A stretch of DNA of 64,000 nucleotides from an uncultured delta proteobacterium (GTDB lineage Bacteria > Desulfobacterota > Desulfobacteria > Desulfobacterales > JAFDCJ01), in the NCBI GenBank assembly GCA_963769935.1, contig CAVYNY010000008.1, positions 128,001-192,000 of the forward strand, written 5' to 3'. Made by a program: the position numbers and the translations under genes. The notes beneath the pieces were generated by a model. The model made no database searches and was not told the origin of the DNA. It saw nothing but the letters and a program-made list of their open reading frames with translations. This document shows positions 29,103-40,868 of the stretch, piece after piece; position 1 is the first letter of the stretch; each line of letters begins with the position of its first letter.

Positions 29103-29297
29103 ATCCCTGCTGTTTTGGCAGTAAAAAATTTAACCATAGACCGGCTTCACCGCAGAGAGCGCAAAGAGCGCAGAGAAGACAGTTTTAGTTTTTGCAGTTG
29201 CAAAATTAAAAACATACCACTGAAATTCGGTTTATAGTAATCTGTGCAATCTGCGTTCACCCGTGTCCCAAAAAAACAATTAAATTTGAGTCCTTAC

Positions 29298-30650
29298 TCA
29301 AGCCCCGTTGGAATCAGCAGCAAGCCTTTCTTCTCTGGAAACCAGTCGGTTGGCAAAATAAAAAAGAAAAACAAAAGATATCAGGTAGACACACGAGGTA
29401 GAAAGTGCAATGCCTTTCAACCCGATGAAGTGCATGAAAGCAATGTTTAATATCACGTTGACGAATAAATTAATGGCGGCACCCCACATGAGGATATGGT
29501 TGGCACGCAAAGACGAAATTAATCGAACGACCACAATGCTGGCCACGTAGAAAGGAATCTGAAACGCAAACATCGCTTGAACGGATGAAACCACTGCAGT
29601 GTCCTGGGATGTAAAGGAACCCCGCTGAAAAACAGCCTGGATAATGGTCTCTGAGATTCCAAAAATGAGGAGCGCCGCTGGAATTCCAAGTGCAAAAATT
29701 ATCCCTAAATAAAATTTGATGGTACTGCGAATATCTTTCCATTCCCGATCGGCAACCATTCTTGAAAAATAGGGCAATACCGCAGTACCGATGGCGGTTG
29801 TAGCCAAGGTCAATACGGCCGCGATAATTTTATTGCCATAGTTGAGTGAAGCGACGCTTCCGGGTGAGAGTGCCGCGGCCATGCCTTTATCCACGATTTC
29901 GGTGCTTCCCATAATAATCGTGCCGGCAACTACCGGCAGAAACTGTCCGATGATGACTCGCATGGACGGGTCGGAATCAAGGATACGAGGACGCAGTGAA
30001 AAGTTGTTCCGGATTACTGCAACTCCTATCAGTAAAGTTTCAAGACCAAAGCCCAGCAAAGTGCCGTAAACAAGGGCGTAAATACCAAGGGAGGTCCCGA
30101 CGGTGACGATCAATAAAATCGCCGACAAGGGACCTAAAATCTGAAGTGCGGTAGGCAGAGCAAACGATTCCAAAGAATTTAAGACGCCGGCACATATATT
30201 AGATAAACCTTTTAAAAAGATGATTGGTATCAGTAGATAGAGAATTACTTTGGTGAGATGCAACTTTTCGTCTGAAAATCCGGAACATAAGGCAGGAAGG
30301 TATTCAGGGGCGAGAATAAAGATCAGAATGGACAGGATAAAGCAGAGAGATAGAAACCAGCCGATGACATTGCTTAAAATTTTTTGGGCAGCAACTAAAC
30401 CCTGATGCTGATTAACCTGAATGAAGGTTGGAACGAAAGATGCCGACAGTGAACCGCCAATTATATTGACCGCGAAGGTCGGAACCAGCAATGCGATTAA
30501 AAAGGCATCTAAAGCATCGCCGGTTCCGAACCAGGCAGCGACCGTGAGTTCTTTGGCAAATCCGCCAATTTGAGCGAAAATGGTGAAAGTGCCGACAATG
30601 GTTGCAGCACCGAGTATCTTCTGTTTAATCGATTTTACGCTTTTCTCCAA
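29298..30650 (-). CDS. MurJ/MviN-like lipid-linked oligosaccharide flippase
   Basis: Multi-TM; FGTGDALDAF, ASFVPTF, VASLNYGNK, AVLPYFS, FQRGSFT. Confidence 0.85.
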   Translation of the reverse strand: MEKSVKSIKQKILGAATIVGTFTIFAQIGGFAKELTVAAWFGTGDALDAFLIALLVPTFAVNIIGGSLSASFVPTFIQVNQHQGLVAAQKILSNVIGWFLSLCFILSILIFILAPEYLPALCSGFSDEKLHLTKVILYLLIPIIFLKGLSNICAGVLNSLESFALPTALQILGPLSAILLIVTVGTSLGIYALVYGTLLGFGLETLLIGVAVIRNNFSLRPRILDSDPSMRVIIGQFLPVVAGTIIMGSTEIVDKGMAAALSPGSVASLNYGNKIIAAVLTLATTAIGTAVLPYFSRMVADREWKDIRSTIKFYLGIIFALGIPAALLIFGISETIIQAVFQRGSFTSQDTAVVSSVQAMFAFQIPFYVASIVVVRLISSLRANHILMWGAAINLFVNVILNIAFMHFIGLKGIALSTSCVYLISFVFLFYFANRLVSREERLAADSNGA

Positions 30651-30739
30651 TAAACAAAATTTTATTATGAGCGCGGCCGCTGGCCGCGAATACCCAGCCT
30701 TATGAGATAAAAACTCCCTAATTTGAAAGAAAAAGAGGA

Positions 30740-31007
30740 GCGGTTCAATCTTTTTTCCTATAACCGCCCGCTTCGCTCAAGGCGCCAAGGACGCAAAGTA
30801 AAATTACGTGATTAGATGACTGGCTGCGCCACTGACAACCCAACAAATGCTTGCCCAAAATTCATGCGATTATCAGCGCCTCAACCTTCGTTGCCCGTAG
30901 GGGATGAGCCCTTTGTTCGAATCGTAATACCAGCCAACGCTTTATCGGCTGATGTACCCGATTCGTACAAAAACCCTTCGCGATCTTCGCGCCTTAGCGG
31001 TTCAATC
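30740..31007 (-). repeat. Dispersed, diverged full-length copy of the 59-61 kb array unit plus the end of a neighbouring unit
   Basis: GCGGTTCAATC, T-run, then AACCGCCCGC..GCTCAAGGCGCCAAGGACGCAAAG...TTCGAATCG..CCAGCC..CGATTCG...GCGGTTCAATC. Confidence 0.85.
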
Positions 31008-31044
31008 TTTTTCTTATTGAAAATGTAGTTCACACTAGAATGAT

Positions 31045-32343
31045 TCAATCAGCGGTTTGGACTAAACAATCATTACCTTCAATATCGAACCCTGTAATCA
31101 TGCCGGCAAAATACCATTTGAAATATTCTGTGCTCAAATCAGTGTGAAGACTGGAATATAGGAAAAAGAAGATTAAAGAAAGCGGATAAAAAAGAAAAAT
31201 CATCCGGTTATCGCCAGATAATTGTTTATAAACTGCGAAAGCTCTTTTAAAGATAAGTCCGAATAAAATTGCAAACACGCTAAACCCCACAATACCCGTT
31301 TCGGCTAACAATTCCAGAATAATATTGTGCGGATGAACAAAGTTTATACCCGGAGACTTTATCAGGATACGATATACCAAATCCTGCTCCCAAAACAGGA
31401 TTCTTTTTGAATTTACCAATTGCATTTTTCCATATTCGAAGCCTGATCAACAGAGTTATAAGCAGATGAATCATTTGATATTACATATCTTATTATATTT
31501 TTAGCCGTCTTCAAATGCCTTGATATATCTTGTCTTGAGGGATTTATTTAAATTGGGAAGCAGGACAAAGGAGGCTATTATTATAAAACACACTATAATT
31601 ATGGGATATATTTTATTCAGTTTGATGTGGGAATAGTAAAACAGATAAATAATAAACGAAATTAAAAAACCGAATAAGGCGGTCCGGGTCCCTGAATAAA
31701 ACCCAATTATAAAACAGCTAGATAAAAGAGCGAATACGCCTATTCTTACAATTATTTTCATCGATGAATCAAATTTAAATAAAACACACAGCGCAAAAAA
31801 ATAAAATAATGCACCTATTTGCGCATTGTTAATTTCATTAATATTATCATAAATTCGTTGATTTATTATCGGCCAGTACTGATAAAGCGTATAGATTAAA
31901 AACCCAACTATAAATACAACCCATATCGAATTAAACCGCTTGGACCTTGCGATCGACATATTTGACATGGTTCCCAGAGCAAAACCAAAGAGACAATAAC
32001 TGATGAAAAATTTTAAACTTTCTCTTGTTGACTCAGTATCTATGTGCTTGATGCTCGATAGAAAAATAACTAAAGCAAACAACATCATACACAATATAAT
32101 CCATTTATTTCTTTTTAGAGCTTGAATTCCATGGATTTTGAAATATATTGCACAGGCTATCACACCCGGTCCCAATAAAACAATTAATGTTCGGAAAAAG
32201 TTGGGTACTAATTTTATATGCTCTCCTATGATTATAAAAATAATAGGGGACAACATGGTGTACACAAGCAAAACATCAGCGATTCCAAGAGTGAGATTCT
32301 CTGTAAATTTTAATCTATTATTTTGGAATTGGAATTTAATCAT
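31045..32343 (-). CDS. O-antigen ligase/polymerase-family membrane protein (frameshifted)
   Basis: SGTRTA, RLRIWKNAI..F..NPVLGAGFG and HPHNIILELLAETGIVG occur across three frames; AT-rich. Confidence 0.75.
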
Positions 32344-32447
32344 AATATCTGTGCTGCGAATTCCCGATACAATAACTATTTACAAATCTGTGAAATCTGT
32401 GAAAATCTGTGTCCCAAAAAATATTGATAATCAAATTGAGTTTCAAC

Positions 32448-34351
32448 TCAATTTACCCTCATCGGCGTATATTCCGGCAAGATCTCTTTTAATTTTAATT
32501 TAATCTCATCTCCTACCTGGCGATTGGCCAATTGAACCAACTCATCAATCTTACCGTTTAATAGATTTAGGCTACAATCAATCCCTTTTAGCACCATGAT
32601 TTTTTCATGGCGGGTCGGAATTATATTTTCGCCTTCCGTAATCAACTCTTCATACAGCTTTTCGCCGGGTCTAAGTCCAATATATTCAATTTTAATGTCA
32701 ATATCCGGCTCAAAACCGGAAAGACGGATCAGATCCCGGGCCATATCATAAATTTTAATCGGTGTGCCCATATCCAGGATAAATATTTCACCTCCCTCCC
32801 CCATAGCGCCGGCTTGAAGAATCAACTGACAGGCCTCCGGGATGGTCATAAAAAAACGCGTGACCTCCGGATGGGTAACCGTTACCGGCCCCCCTTCGGC
32901 TATCTGCTTTTTAAACAAAGGTACCACGCTGCCGACACTGCCGACAACATTTCCAAATCTGACAATCATGAATTTGGTATCCGACAAATGGCAGTCATTT
33001 TGACCGTGTATCAGCATTTCAGCCAGTCTCTTGGATGCGCCCATTACATTGGCCGGACGCACGGCCTTGTCGGTCGAAACAAAAACAAAGCGTGATACCT
33101 GATGCTTGCCCGAAATATCAATCAGATTCTTTGTCCCAATGACATTGTTTTCGATGGCTTTCCAGGACTGCAGTTCCAGCATAGGAACATGTTTATAGGC
33201 CGCTGCATGAAATACAATATGGGGCTGATTTGTCTCAAAAGCTTTTTCAATCTGATTGATATCCTGAATATCGCCTAAAGTGGGAACAACTTTTACATCT
33301 TGAAAATTTTTCTTTAACTCAAGCTCAATTTCGTACAACGGACTCTCTGCTCTTTCAAAAAGAATTATTTTTTCAGGTTTAAACCGACAAATTTGCCGGC
33401 AAAGCTCTGATCCGATTGACCCGCCGGCTCCGGTAACCAACACATTTAGATCGTTAATATAAGCACCGATTTGATCCTCATCCAATTTAATGGCTTCCCG
33501 ACCCAGTAGATCCCGATAGGCCACTTCCCGAATTGCATTTACCGTCACTTTACCATCGATTAATTCACCCATTCCGGGAATAGTTTTAAAGGTAATTCCA
33601 CATTTCTTGCAATTTTCAACGATATATCGCATCTGTTGCGAATTGGCTGACGGAACAGCAATAAGAATCTCATAGGCACTCACCTTTTTTGCCGCTATTT
33701 CGATATCTTTAATTGGGCCAAATACCGGAAGGCCATGAATTTTCATTCCTATCTTTCCTGGGTCATCATCAACAAATCCCACCACATTATAATGAAGTGT
33801 CGAGTTATCACGTATCTCTCTGTAGAGTTTTTCTCCACAATTGCCGGCTCCAACGATGAGAAGGTTTTTTTGGGCCGCATGTTTTTTCGTCAAAAGTCCC
33901 CAGAATAGCTTTCACGGTTCTCGGCCAAGAATCATTTTCGCTGATATGAACAAAGTAGACACGAATTCCTAAGCGAAAACCGGCAATAAAAAGAATAGTC
34001 AAACACCAATCAATAACAAAAACTGACCGCGGAAATCCAATAAATCGATGCGGGCTGAAAAGAATAAAGCATATAATAAGAAGCGTGCTGATACTCGATG
34101 CCTTAATAATATTTACAAGATCGGCAATACTGGTAAATCGCCACATCCCACGGTAGAGATCAAAATAAAAAAAACAAAATATCTTTGTCAACAAAACAAA
34201 AGGCAGACATCCAATAGATAAAATCCAAATTTTGACTATATAAGTTAAAATCAAATCGAACCAGATTGGCAAGGATCAATGCGAAAACTATTAATAGTAT
34301 ATCTGCAAAGAAAAGAATAAAAAAATTCTTATCTGAAAGCCTATATTTCAT
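32448..34351 (-). CDS. PglF/CapD/WbpM-type UDP-GlcNAc 4,6-dehydratase (two frameshifts)
   Basis: TM N-terminus, LYRGMWRF, GAGNCGE, VTGAGGSIGSELCRQ, HAAAYKHVP, STDKAVRP, VRFGNV, GLRPGEKLYEEL. Confidence 0.9.
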
Positions 34352-34406
34352 TGCTTTTCTTTTCGATTTATCAGCCACTAATTCTCTTAAATCTAGGTAC
34401 TCAAAA

Positions 34407-35153
34407 TTAGATCAAATTCTTTTTGGAGTGCGTGCTTGCACAATTCTGTCTGAGCCTGGTGGGGGTTTGGGCAGAAAGAGGCTCATTACGACCGGCGATT
34501 TCAATCAGTCGTTGGCTGCCTCCCAATTTTTTTAGTATTTTTTGAATACCCTGAAGTGCCAGCGGTCTTGAAAGAATAGCAACCACTGTTAAATAGATAA
34601 TTTGCCAATCCAGAATCATAGATCGATTTTCAATATAGAACAAGCCTAGTCGGCTTTTCCAGGGTCGGATGACTTGGTTGTATTTTAAATCCGGATCTTC
34701 GCTTCCAGCCAAGACATTGCCTTCGTCAGAAAAAACGATTGAAGCAAAATCGGTAATCCCGGGCCGTATGTCGAGCAAATGCCGCTCTCGTTCGGTATAG
34801 AGCGCAACATCGCGTTGAACGTTGGGACGGGGGCCTACTAAACTCATTTGTCCCCAAAGCACGTTCCAAAGTTGGGAGAATTCATCGAGCTTGTAACGCC
34901 GGATGAAATGGCCGATCCAAGTGATTCGCTTATCATCTGCTGCAGTGGAATCAACTCCGCTTTTATCGGCGTTTACCACCATGGACCGCAGTTTGACCAT
35001 GTAAAATGTTTTGCAATTTTTCCCAACCCGCGGTGCAATGTAAAAGGGCGAAGCAAAATCCTGTAACCAAATCAGGACGATAAATATGATAAAAAATGGT
35101 GAAAGTATAATCAAGCCTGATAGTGATAATATGATATCTATTAAACGTTTCAT
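34407..35153 (-). CDS. PglC-like monotopic phosphoglycosyl (sugar) transferase
   Basis: KRLIDI, KLRSM, RRYKLDEFSQL, MSLVGPRP, RPGITD. Confidence 0.9.
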   Translation of the reverse strand: MKRLIDIILSLSGLIILSPFFIIFIVLIWLQDFASPFYIAPRVGKNCKTFYMVKLRSMVVNADKSGVDSTAADDKRITWIGHFIRRYKLDEFSQLWNVLWGQMSLVGPRPNVQRDVALYTERERHLLDIRPGITDFASIVFSDEGNVLAGSEDPDLKYNQVIRPWKSRLGLFYIENRSMILDWQIIYLTVVAILSRPLALQGIQKILKKLGGSQRLIEIAGRNEPLSAQTPTRLRQNCASTHSKKNLI

Positions 35154-35159
35154 AGCCAA

Positions 35160-36092
35160 TCAGATCTTATAAGAAAGAAGCTTTTTAATACGTTTGCTGA
35201 TGGAAACAGCATCAAGGTCGTATTTTTGACGCAAATACTTTTGAGAACCTACAATACAAGAGAATCCTGCCTCCAGTCCGATTCGTAAAAAGGTATCCGG
35301 GTACACCCCATTATCCATAATTGTCTCGGCTACCGCACCACCTAAACCACCGTAAATTGTATGCTCTTCGACAGTGATAATTGCAGGGATTGTTCGGCAG
35401 GTTTCAATAATAATTTTCTGGTCTAGGGGCTTAATTGTGTGCATGCTAATAATTTTGGCATCAATGTCTTCTTTTTCCAACAAATCGCTAGGATACCAAA
35501 CTTCTTCAAGTATACCGCCGGTAACGAATATCGCACAATCATTACCGTCACGAAGCACTCGTGCTTTCCCGACTTTGAATACTTCACCATCTTCCCGAGG
35601 AGTATCATTACCTGCGGATTTGTCAAGACGTAAAAAACAAGCACCGGGTGTATGAACTATCGCTTCCGTCGCCTCGACGGTTTCCCAATAACCGCATGGC
35701 GACAGTACGGTAATATCTGGCAAACTTCTCATAATTGCCAAATCTTCAGTTGCATGATGTGAAATACCCAAGGCACCGTAGCTGAAACCTCCTCCTATTG
35801 AAACCACTTTTACATTGGCGGCATGGTAGCAGGCATCATTTCGAATTTGCTCTAGACAACGCAGGGTTGGGAAATTGGCAATGGAATAGGTGAAAACAAT
35901 TCGGCCCTCCAGAGCCAGGCCGGTAGCAATACCGGTCATATTCTGTTCGGCTACACCGGCATTGATAAATTGAGAGGGAAATCGATCCCAAAATTTATCT
36001 AAAACGCCGAAACCCAAATCACCTGTAACCAGTGTAATTCGCTTGTCGTATTCAGCCAGTTCGCACAACCGTTTGACAAAATGATCTCGCAT
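35160..36092 (-). CDS. Transketolase-like protein, C-terminal (pyrimidine-binding) subunit
   Basis: TGDLGFG, NAGVAEQNM, EQIRND, SHHATED, EEH...GGLG. Confidence 0.9.
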   Translation of the reverse strand: MRDHFVKRLCELAEYDKRITLVTGDLGFGVLDKFWDRFPSQFINAGVAEQNMTGIATGLALEGRIVFTYSIANFPTLRCLEQIRNDACYHAANVKVVSIGGGFSYGALGISHHATEDLAIMRSLPDITVLSPCGYWETVEATEAIVHTPGACFLRLDKSAGNDTPREDGEVFKVGKARVLRDGNDCAIFVTGGILEEVWYPSDLLEKEDIDAKIISMHTIKPLDQKIIIETCRTIPAIITVEEHTIYGGLGGAVAETIMDNGVYPDTFLRIGLEAGFSCIVGSQKYLRQKYDLDAVSISKRIKKLLSYKI

Positions 36093-36096
36093 GGTA

Positions 36097-36899
36097 TCAA
36101 TCTTCCAACTCTTTGAGTGCCAAATGGAATTCCTCTCCCCGGGCACATCGGTAATGCCAGAGCACGCTATTTTCCATGAAAGAAACCCCTTTTCCCTTAA
36201 TCGTATGAGCAATGATCACGGTTGGTTTCTCCTTTTCTAAGGGTATGCCACTGAGAGCATCACTCAATTGACGGTGATCATGTCCATCTATTTCCTGAAC
36301 CGCCCAGCCGAAACTCTTCATTTATCGGCAAAAGGTTCGATGGCCAGCGTTTCTGAAACAGTTGCCAAACTCTGTATTTTGTTATAGTCAACGATGGCGG
36401 TCAAATTGTCCAATCTATAGTGAGCGGCGAATAAAATAGCTTCCCAATTCGACCCCTCGTCACATTCGCCGTCTGAAAGCAAAACAAAAATCCGATGCAT
36501 ACGTCCATCGAGCTTAGCGCCCAATGCCATTCCGGCAGCGACAGAAAGGCCGTGGCCTAGACTTCCGGTTGAAAGTTCCACACCCGGTATTCCTTTATGA
36601 CTAACATGGCCGCTTAGATCGGATCCATTCTGGTAATGCGTTTGCAATTTTTCGACATTAATAAATCCCTTCTCCGCCAACACTGCATATACGGCAGCAC
36701 CGGCATGGCCTTTGCTCAGGATAAATCGATCCCGGTCCTCAGCTGTCGGATTTTTTGGGTCAATAGATAAGATATCACTATATAGTACCGCCAGAATATC
36801 GGCTATGCTAAGAGCAGAACCGACATGTGAGCTGCCGCCGCTGCTCGTCATTTTTAGAGAGTTTATTCTGATTCTTTTAGCAAGTTCTGTTGATTCCAA
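36097..36899 (-). CDS. Transketolase-like protein, N-terminal TPP-binding subunit (one frameshift near 36320)
   Basis: SHVGSALS, DRFILSKGH, STGSLGHG, SDGECDEGSNWE, DGHD, HTIKGKG. Adding one G restores ADKWKSFGW. Confidence 0.9.
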
Positions 36900-36919
36900 T
36901 TCGATTCTCCAGGCTGATC

Positions 36920-38038
36920 CTATCGATAAAATTCCTCTATAATATCGCATACATAGCGCACGTCATCATCAGTCAAAGACATATTCATCGGGAGCATTAG
37001 CATTCTTTTAAAAAGGTTTTCAGTGAATGGAAGTTTTTGTGTAAATCCAAGTTTTCTAAACTGGTGAACAGCCTTTCCTCCCCACTGAATTAAAGTTCCG
37101 ACGCCATTATCAGCCAAAAACGATTTTAATTTATCGCGTTGTTCAGCTTCAATCTCATAATTTTGGAATACGTCGAAGTGATCTGTTTCACTTCCGGGAG
37201 CATGCGGCAATTTGATCTCATCTAATTTACCCAACCGTATTTGATATAGCTCAGCGATTGACCGTCTTCGTGATATCACTTTATCATGTTCCTTGAATTG
37301 GTAATCAAGAATTGCGGCTTGAAGATTATCAAGTCGGCTGTTCATTCCCCACAATACAACATCGCCCGATTCGTCTCTACCGTGGTCTCGTAGTAAAAGA
37401 AGATTACGGTATACAACTTCATCATTGGTTAAGATGGCACCTCCGTCTCCAAGGCAACCTAAAATCTTTGCAGGATAAAAACTGATACATGATGCAACTC
37501 CAAATGTTCCTGCAAATTTTCCCTTGAACCGAGATCCAAGGGCCTGCGCGGCATCCTCATATATAACAAGGCCGTGTTTGTCAGCAATATCCATTATAAG
37601 ATTCATATTCGCAGTTCTACCGTTGAGTTGTGTCGGCATTATAGCTCGTGTCTTACCTGTCAGGGCGCTTTCAATTCCATCAGGATCAATTAAATGGTCA
37701 GGTCCTGCTTCGACCGGAACCGGTATACCTCCGGCAAAATGTATTGCCGACGCAGTCGCCACCATGGTGTGGGTACAAATGATGACCTCATCACCAGTTT
37801 GAAGCCCTCCGGCCATCAATCCTAATTGGATTGCGTCGGTTGCATTGGCCACTCCCACAGCAAATTTTGCTCCAGTATAAGCCGCCAGATTTGTTTCGAA
37901 TTCTTTCAGATGCTTCTGCATTATAAACGCACCCTGTCGGCCGACGGATTTTATCACTGACAAAAGGCCATCCTCTTTTGAGGTAAATACATACTGATAA
38001 TCAAAAAAGGGAACACTTCTATGTTTCTCTGTACTCAT
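36920..38038 (-). CDS. DegT/DnrJ/EryC1/StrS sugar aminotransferase
   Basis: VANATDA, EDAAQALG, SFYPAKILG..GDGG, NSRLDNLQAA. Confidence 0.93.
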   Translation of the reverse strand: MSTEKHRSVPFFDYQYVFTSKEDGLLSVIKSVGRQGAFIMQKHLKEFETNLAAYTGAKFAVGVANATDAIQLGLMAGGLQTGDEVIICTHTMVATASAIHFAGGIPVPVEAGPDHLIDPDGIESALTGKTRAIMPTQLNGRTANMNLIMDIADKHGLVIYEDAAQALGSRFKGKFAGTFGVASCISFYPAKILGCLGDGGAILTNDEVVYRNLLLLRDHGRDESGDVVLWGMNSRLDNLQAAILDYQFKEHDKVISRRRSIAELYQIRLGKLDEIKLPHAPGSETDHFDVFQNYEIEAEQRDKLKSFLADNGVGTLIQWGGKAVHQFRKLGFTQKLPFTENLFKRMLMLPMNMSLTDDDVRYVCDIIEEFYR

Positions 38039-38083
38039 GACACTTAATTTCCTCCGCAATAGGTCACTGATAATTCTCTAAAT

Positions 38084-38722
38084 TCATAGTTTGGCTACAT
38101 CAAATCTATACACACATGTTCTCTGACCTTTGTGGACTTCTAATTCACCGATTTTTTTTGCACCCAATTTCTCATAAAATCGTTGGGCTCTATCCTGGCT
38201 CGAGCCAGTTGTAATTCTAAACTGGCAAATATCCCTTTCCGCTATCGCATCGGAAAAGGAATAAAACAGGCTCTGTGCCAGACCGGACCCCCGCCTCTCT
38301 TCCTGAATTGCTATGTCCAGAAGCTCAGCATTTAGCAACTCTATATTTTTGCTTTTTGTCGGGTATATCAAAGTTTCAAATAGCTTAATTATTCTTTCAA
38401 CAGAAAATAATTTAGTTGCCAAAAGCAAAAAGGCCTTAAAAGATCTTTTCAATATGAAGTCTTTGTAAAATTTTGCTGTATCTTCTGTCCCCAGAACAAA
38501 TCCAATTACTTTACCATCAATTGAACTTTTTGCAACATGGAGTATTCCATACTTACTTACGGAGGCAAAGGTAAAAAACATAGAAAGCGGTTTGGGGCCA
38601 AGTGAACTTAAAAAACCCTGGCTTATCTCCTGTCTGTGGATGGACACGACGGCGGAAATATCCCTTGCACTAACGTCAGATTTCTTTATAAAAAATTTCG
38701 CATTGTGAACTTGCAAAGCCAT
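38084..38722 (-). CDS. GNAT-family acetyltransferase
   Basis: LLDIAIQEERRGSGLA, AQRFYEKLG. Confidence 0.8.
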   Translation of the reverse strand: MALQVHNAKFFIKKSDVSARDISAVVSIHRQEISQGFLSSLGPKPLSMFFTFASVSKYGILHVAKSSIDGKVIGFVLGTEDTAKFYKDFILKRSFKAFLLLATKLFSVERIIKLFETLIYPTKSKNIELLNAELLDIAIQEERRGSGLAQSLFYSFSDAIAERDICQFRITTGSSQDRAQRFYEKLGAKKIGELEVHKGQRTCVYRFDVAKL

Positions 38723-38747
38723 CTCAAGATATTTGGTGGCGATAACA

Positions 38748-39863
38748 TCATCGCAGTTTGTTGTTTAGAAATCGAATAGCACGATCTATTTCGCGTTTTC
38801 CAACTGCAGAATGGGTTGGCAAGGTTACAACCTGACTGCATCGCTTCTCTGCATTTCTACAAGAGCCTGCTTTGTAGTGAACCAATTTCAAATCGTCGCC
38901 GGCAAGCGGATGAACCGGTGTCGAGTACCAGTCAGCCAGTTCAACCTTGAACCCTCGAGCCCGATTAAGCAGGTCCTCTTTATCAATTGCCAACAAAGGA
39001 TATCGTGCAAAAACGACATCACAGTCAGGTAAAATATCTGGATGTGTTGCCATTTCAGAATTAATCTCGGACTGATAGGTTTCGCTGATCCAACGACTAT
39101 GCTTAGCAAGCTGTTCCAGTTTTTCGAGTTTACGTTTCAATCTGTTCTGCAAGGACTTTGGCATCCTGAGTCGAAAATCTTCTGCCATTTGGTTTTCTAC
39201 AACAGAGTTGTAATTTTTTTCGGCAATCCCAATTGATCCGAGTGCTCGAAATAGATTGCGAATCAACCAGAATAAACGAGGCCGGTACAATACCTTAAAT
39301 CCGATATATTGTAGTTGGATTCTTAGTACCTTAAAAAAAGATGGATAAAGGCAACTATTGTACAGAGATTGGACCTTAGATTTCAGTTCATATGCATTGA
39401 TAACGGCACTTCCCCCAATCCCAGCAACAATCGGCTTACCCCATTCAAAGGAGTAGAAGCTACCCACCCCAAAGCTGCCAACTCGATTCCCGCGGTATCT
39501 GGATTTCAAAGTGTGGCAGCAATCTTCGATAATGGGAATACCGTCCCGTTCTGTTATCTGGGAAATTTTACTAAGATTTGAGGGGATCCCGTAAGTATGT
39601 TGAACAATAACCGCTTTAGCTAGTGGTGTTATCTTGAGTTCAAGGTCTCCGGGGTCCATATTAAAGCCGGCTGAGTCAATGTCGACATAAATCGGACGTG
39701 CTCCTGTTGCCATAATCGCTTCTGGCACAGCTACGCAAGTGAATGCTTGTGTTACTACATGATCGCCTGGACCTACATCTAAAGACTTTAAAAGGGCATA
39801 TAACGCAACCCTACCCCGGTAGAAGGTCAGATCAGAAATAGAAGATAGCCATTTTATTTCCAT
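38748..39863 (-). CDS. DegT/DnrJ/EryC1/StrS-family aminotransferase (second)
   Basis: RGRVAL, QAFTCVAV, QHTYG, IEDCCH, YSFEWGKP. Confidence 0.87.
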   Translation of the reverse strand: MEIKWLSSISDLTFYRGRVALYALLKSLDVGPGDHVVTQAFTCVAVPEAIMATGARPIYVDIDSAGFNMDPGDLELKITPLAKAVIVQHTYGIPSNLSKISQITERDGIPIIEDCCHTLKSRYRGNRVGSFGVGSFYSFEWGKPIVAGIGGSAVINAYELKSKVQSLYNSCLYPSFFKVLRIQLQYIGFKVLYRPRLFWLIRNLFRALGSIGIAEKNYNSVVENQMAEDFRLRMPKSLQNRLKRKLEKLEQLAKHSRWISETYQSEINSEMATHPDILPDCDVVFARYPLLAIDKEDLLNRARGFKVELADWYSTPVHPLAGDDLKLVHYKAGSCRNAEKRCSQVVTLPTHSAVGKREIDRAIRFLNNKLR

Positions 39864-39869
39864 AAACTA

Positions 39870-40868
39870 TTAAATCTCTGAACGACATAATATGGCATGC
39901 CCAAAAGACTCCCCGAATCCATACCCATAATGGGTTGCTGCAAAAACCACCGCTAAAGCAGGTGCTAATGATGCAGATCGATATTTTAACGAGAGTTTTA
40001 GTGAAAGCAAACACACCACGATCCAATAAAATATTAACGGCAAGCTGAGAATTAATCCCCAGATCGTACTAGTGCCGAAAGCGACAATCGCACTTAATTG
40101 GGACAATATGAATACCGCCGGAATAAAATTTCTCCACGACACCATATTCACTTGAGTAAATTTATGATTGTAGAACAATCGATATGGCCCATAAGCATTC
40201 CACTTTAAGTAAGCTATAAAATCTGTTCTCGGGAAATAGGTGCATTTAGCATTCGGATCAAGAACAACTTTCCCGCCAGCTGCGATAATGCGAGCATTAA
40301 AGTCCCGGTCTTCCGTTCTAATAATATTTTCATTAAAATAGCCGATTTTGCTAAAAAGAGTTCTATTATAGCAGCCGCACCAGACCGTATCGACAACGCG
40401 CACATCTTTACTACCTGTTCGATAAAAAGCATTACCAGCGGTGAATGGGAAGGAAATTGCTAAGGACAAAGCTCTGGTGAGGGGTGTGTCGCAAATTATG
40501 GCAGTTGTCCGAATTCCTCCGATGTTGTCCGCCCCGTACCTATCAAGCCCATTGACCAATAAAGAAATATAGTCTGGTTCATAAACAGCATGAGCATCAA
40601 CCCTTAAGATGATATCCGATTTCGAATGTTTGATTGCAATATTCAAGGCAGCTGGTGTTATACGTTTCGGATTGTCCAATACCTTTATAAAATCATATTT
40701 ACTATCATACTTCTTAAGAAGGTTAGGAGTTTGATCAGTACTCATTCCGTCAACTACAATAATTTCCAATAGTTCATGATCATAGTCGTTAGCAATAAGT
40801 GAGTCCAGACAGCGGCATATATATTTTTCCTCATTCAGGCAAGGGATTATTACTGAAACTTTTTTCAT
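39870..40868 (-). CDS. GT2 family glycosyltransferase (ExoA-like)
   Basis: SVIIPCLNEE, VDGMSTD, RVDAH, DTVWCGCY, TEDRDFN; C-terminal TMs. Confidence 0.88.
   Translation of the reverse strand: MKKVSVIIPCLNEEKYICRCLDSLIANDYDHELLEIIVVDGMSTDQTPNLLKKYDSKYDFIKVLDNPKRITPAALNIAIKHSKSDIILRVDAHAVYEPDYISLLVNGLDRYGADNIGGIRTTAIICDTPLTRALSLAISFPFTAGNAFYRTGSKDVRVVDTVWCGCYNRTLFSKIGYFNENIIRTEDRDFNARIIAAGGKVVLDPNAKCTYFPRTDFIAYLKWNAYGPYRLFYNHKFTQVNMVSWRNFIPAVFILSQLSAIVAFGTSTIWGLILSLPLIFYWIVVCLLSLKLSLKYRSASLAPALAVVFAATHYGYGFGESFGHAILCRSEI

Noticed and set aside
36318..36321. Selenocysteine or stop readthrough at the TGA in transketolase
   Set aside because: The downstream part is in another frame, and one missing G restores TGG (Trp).
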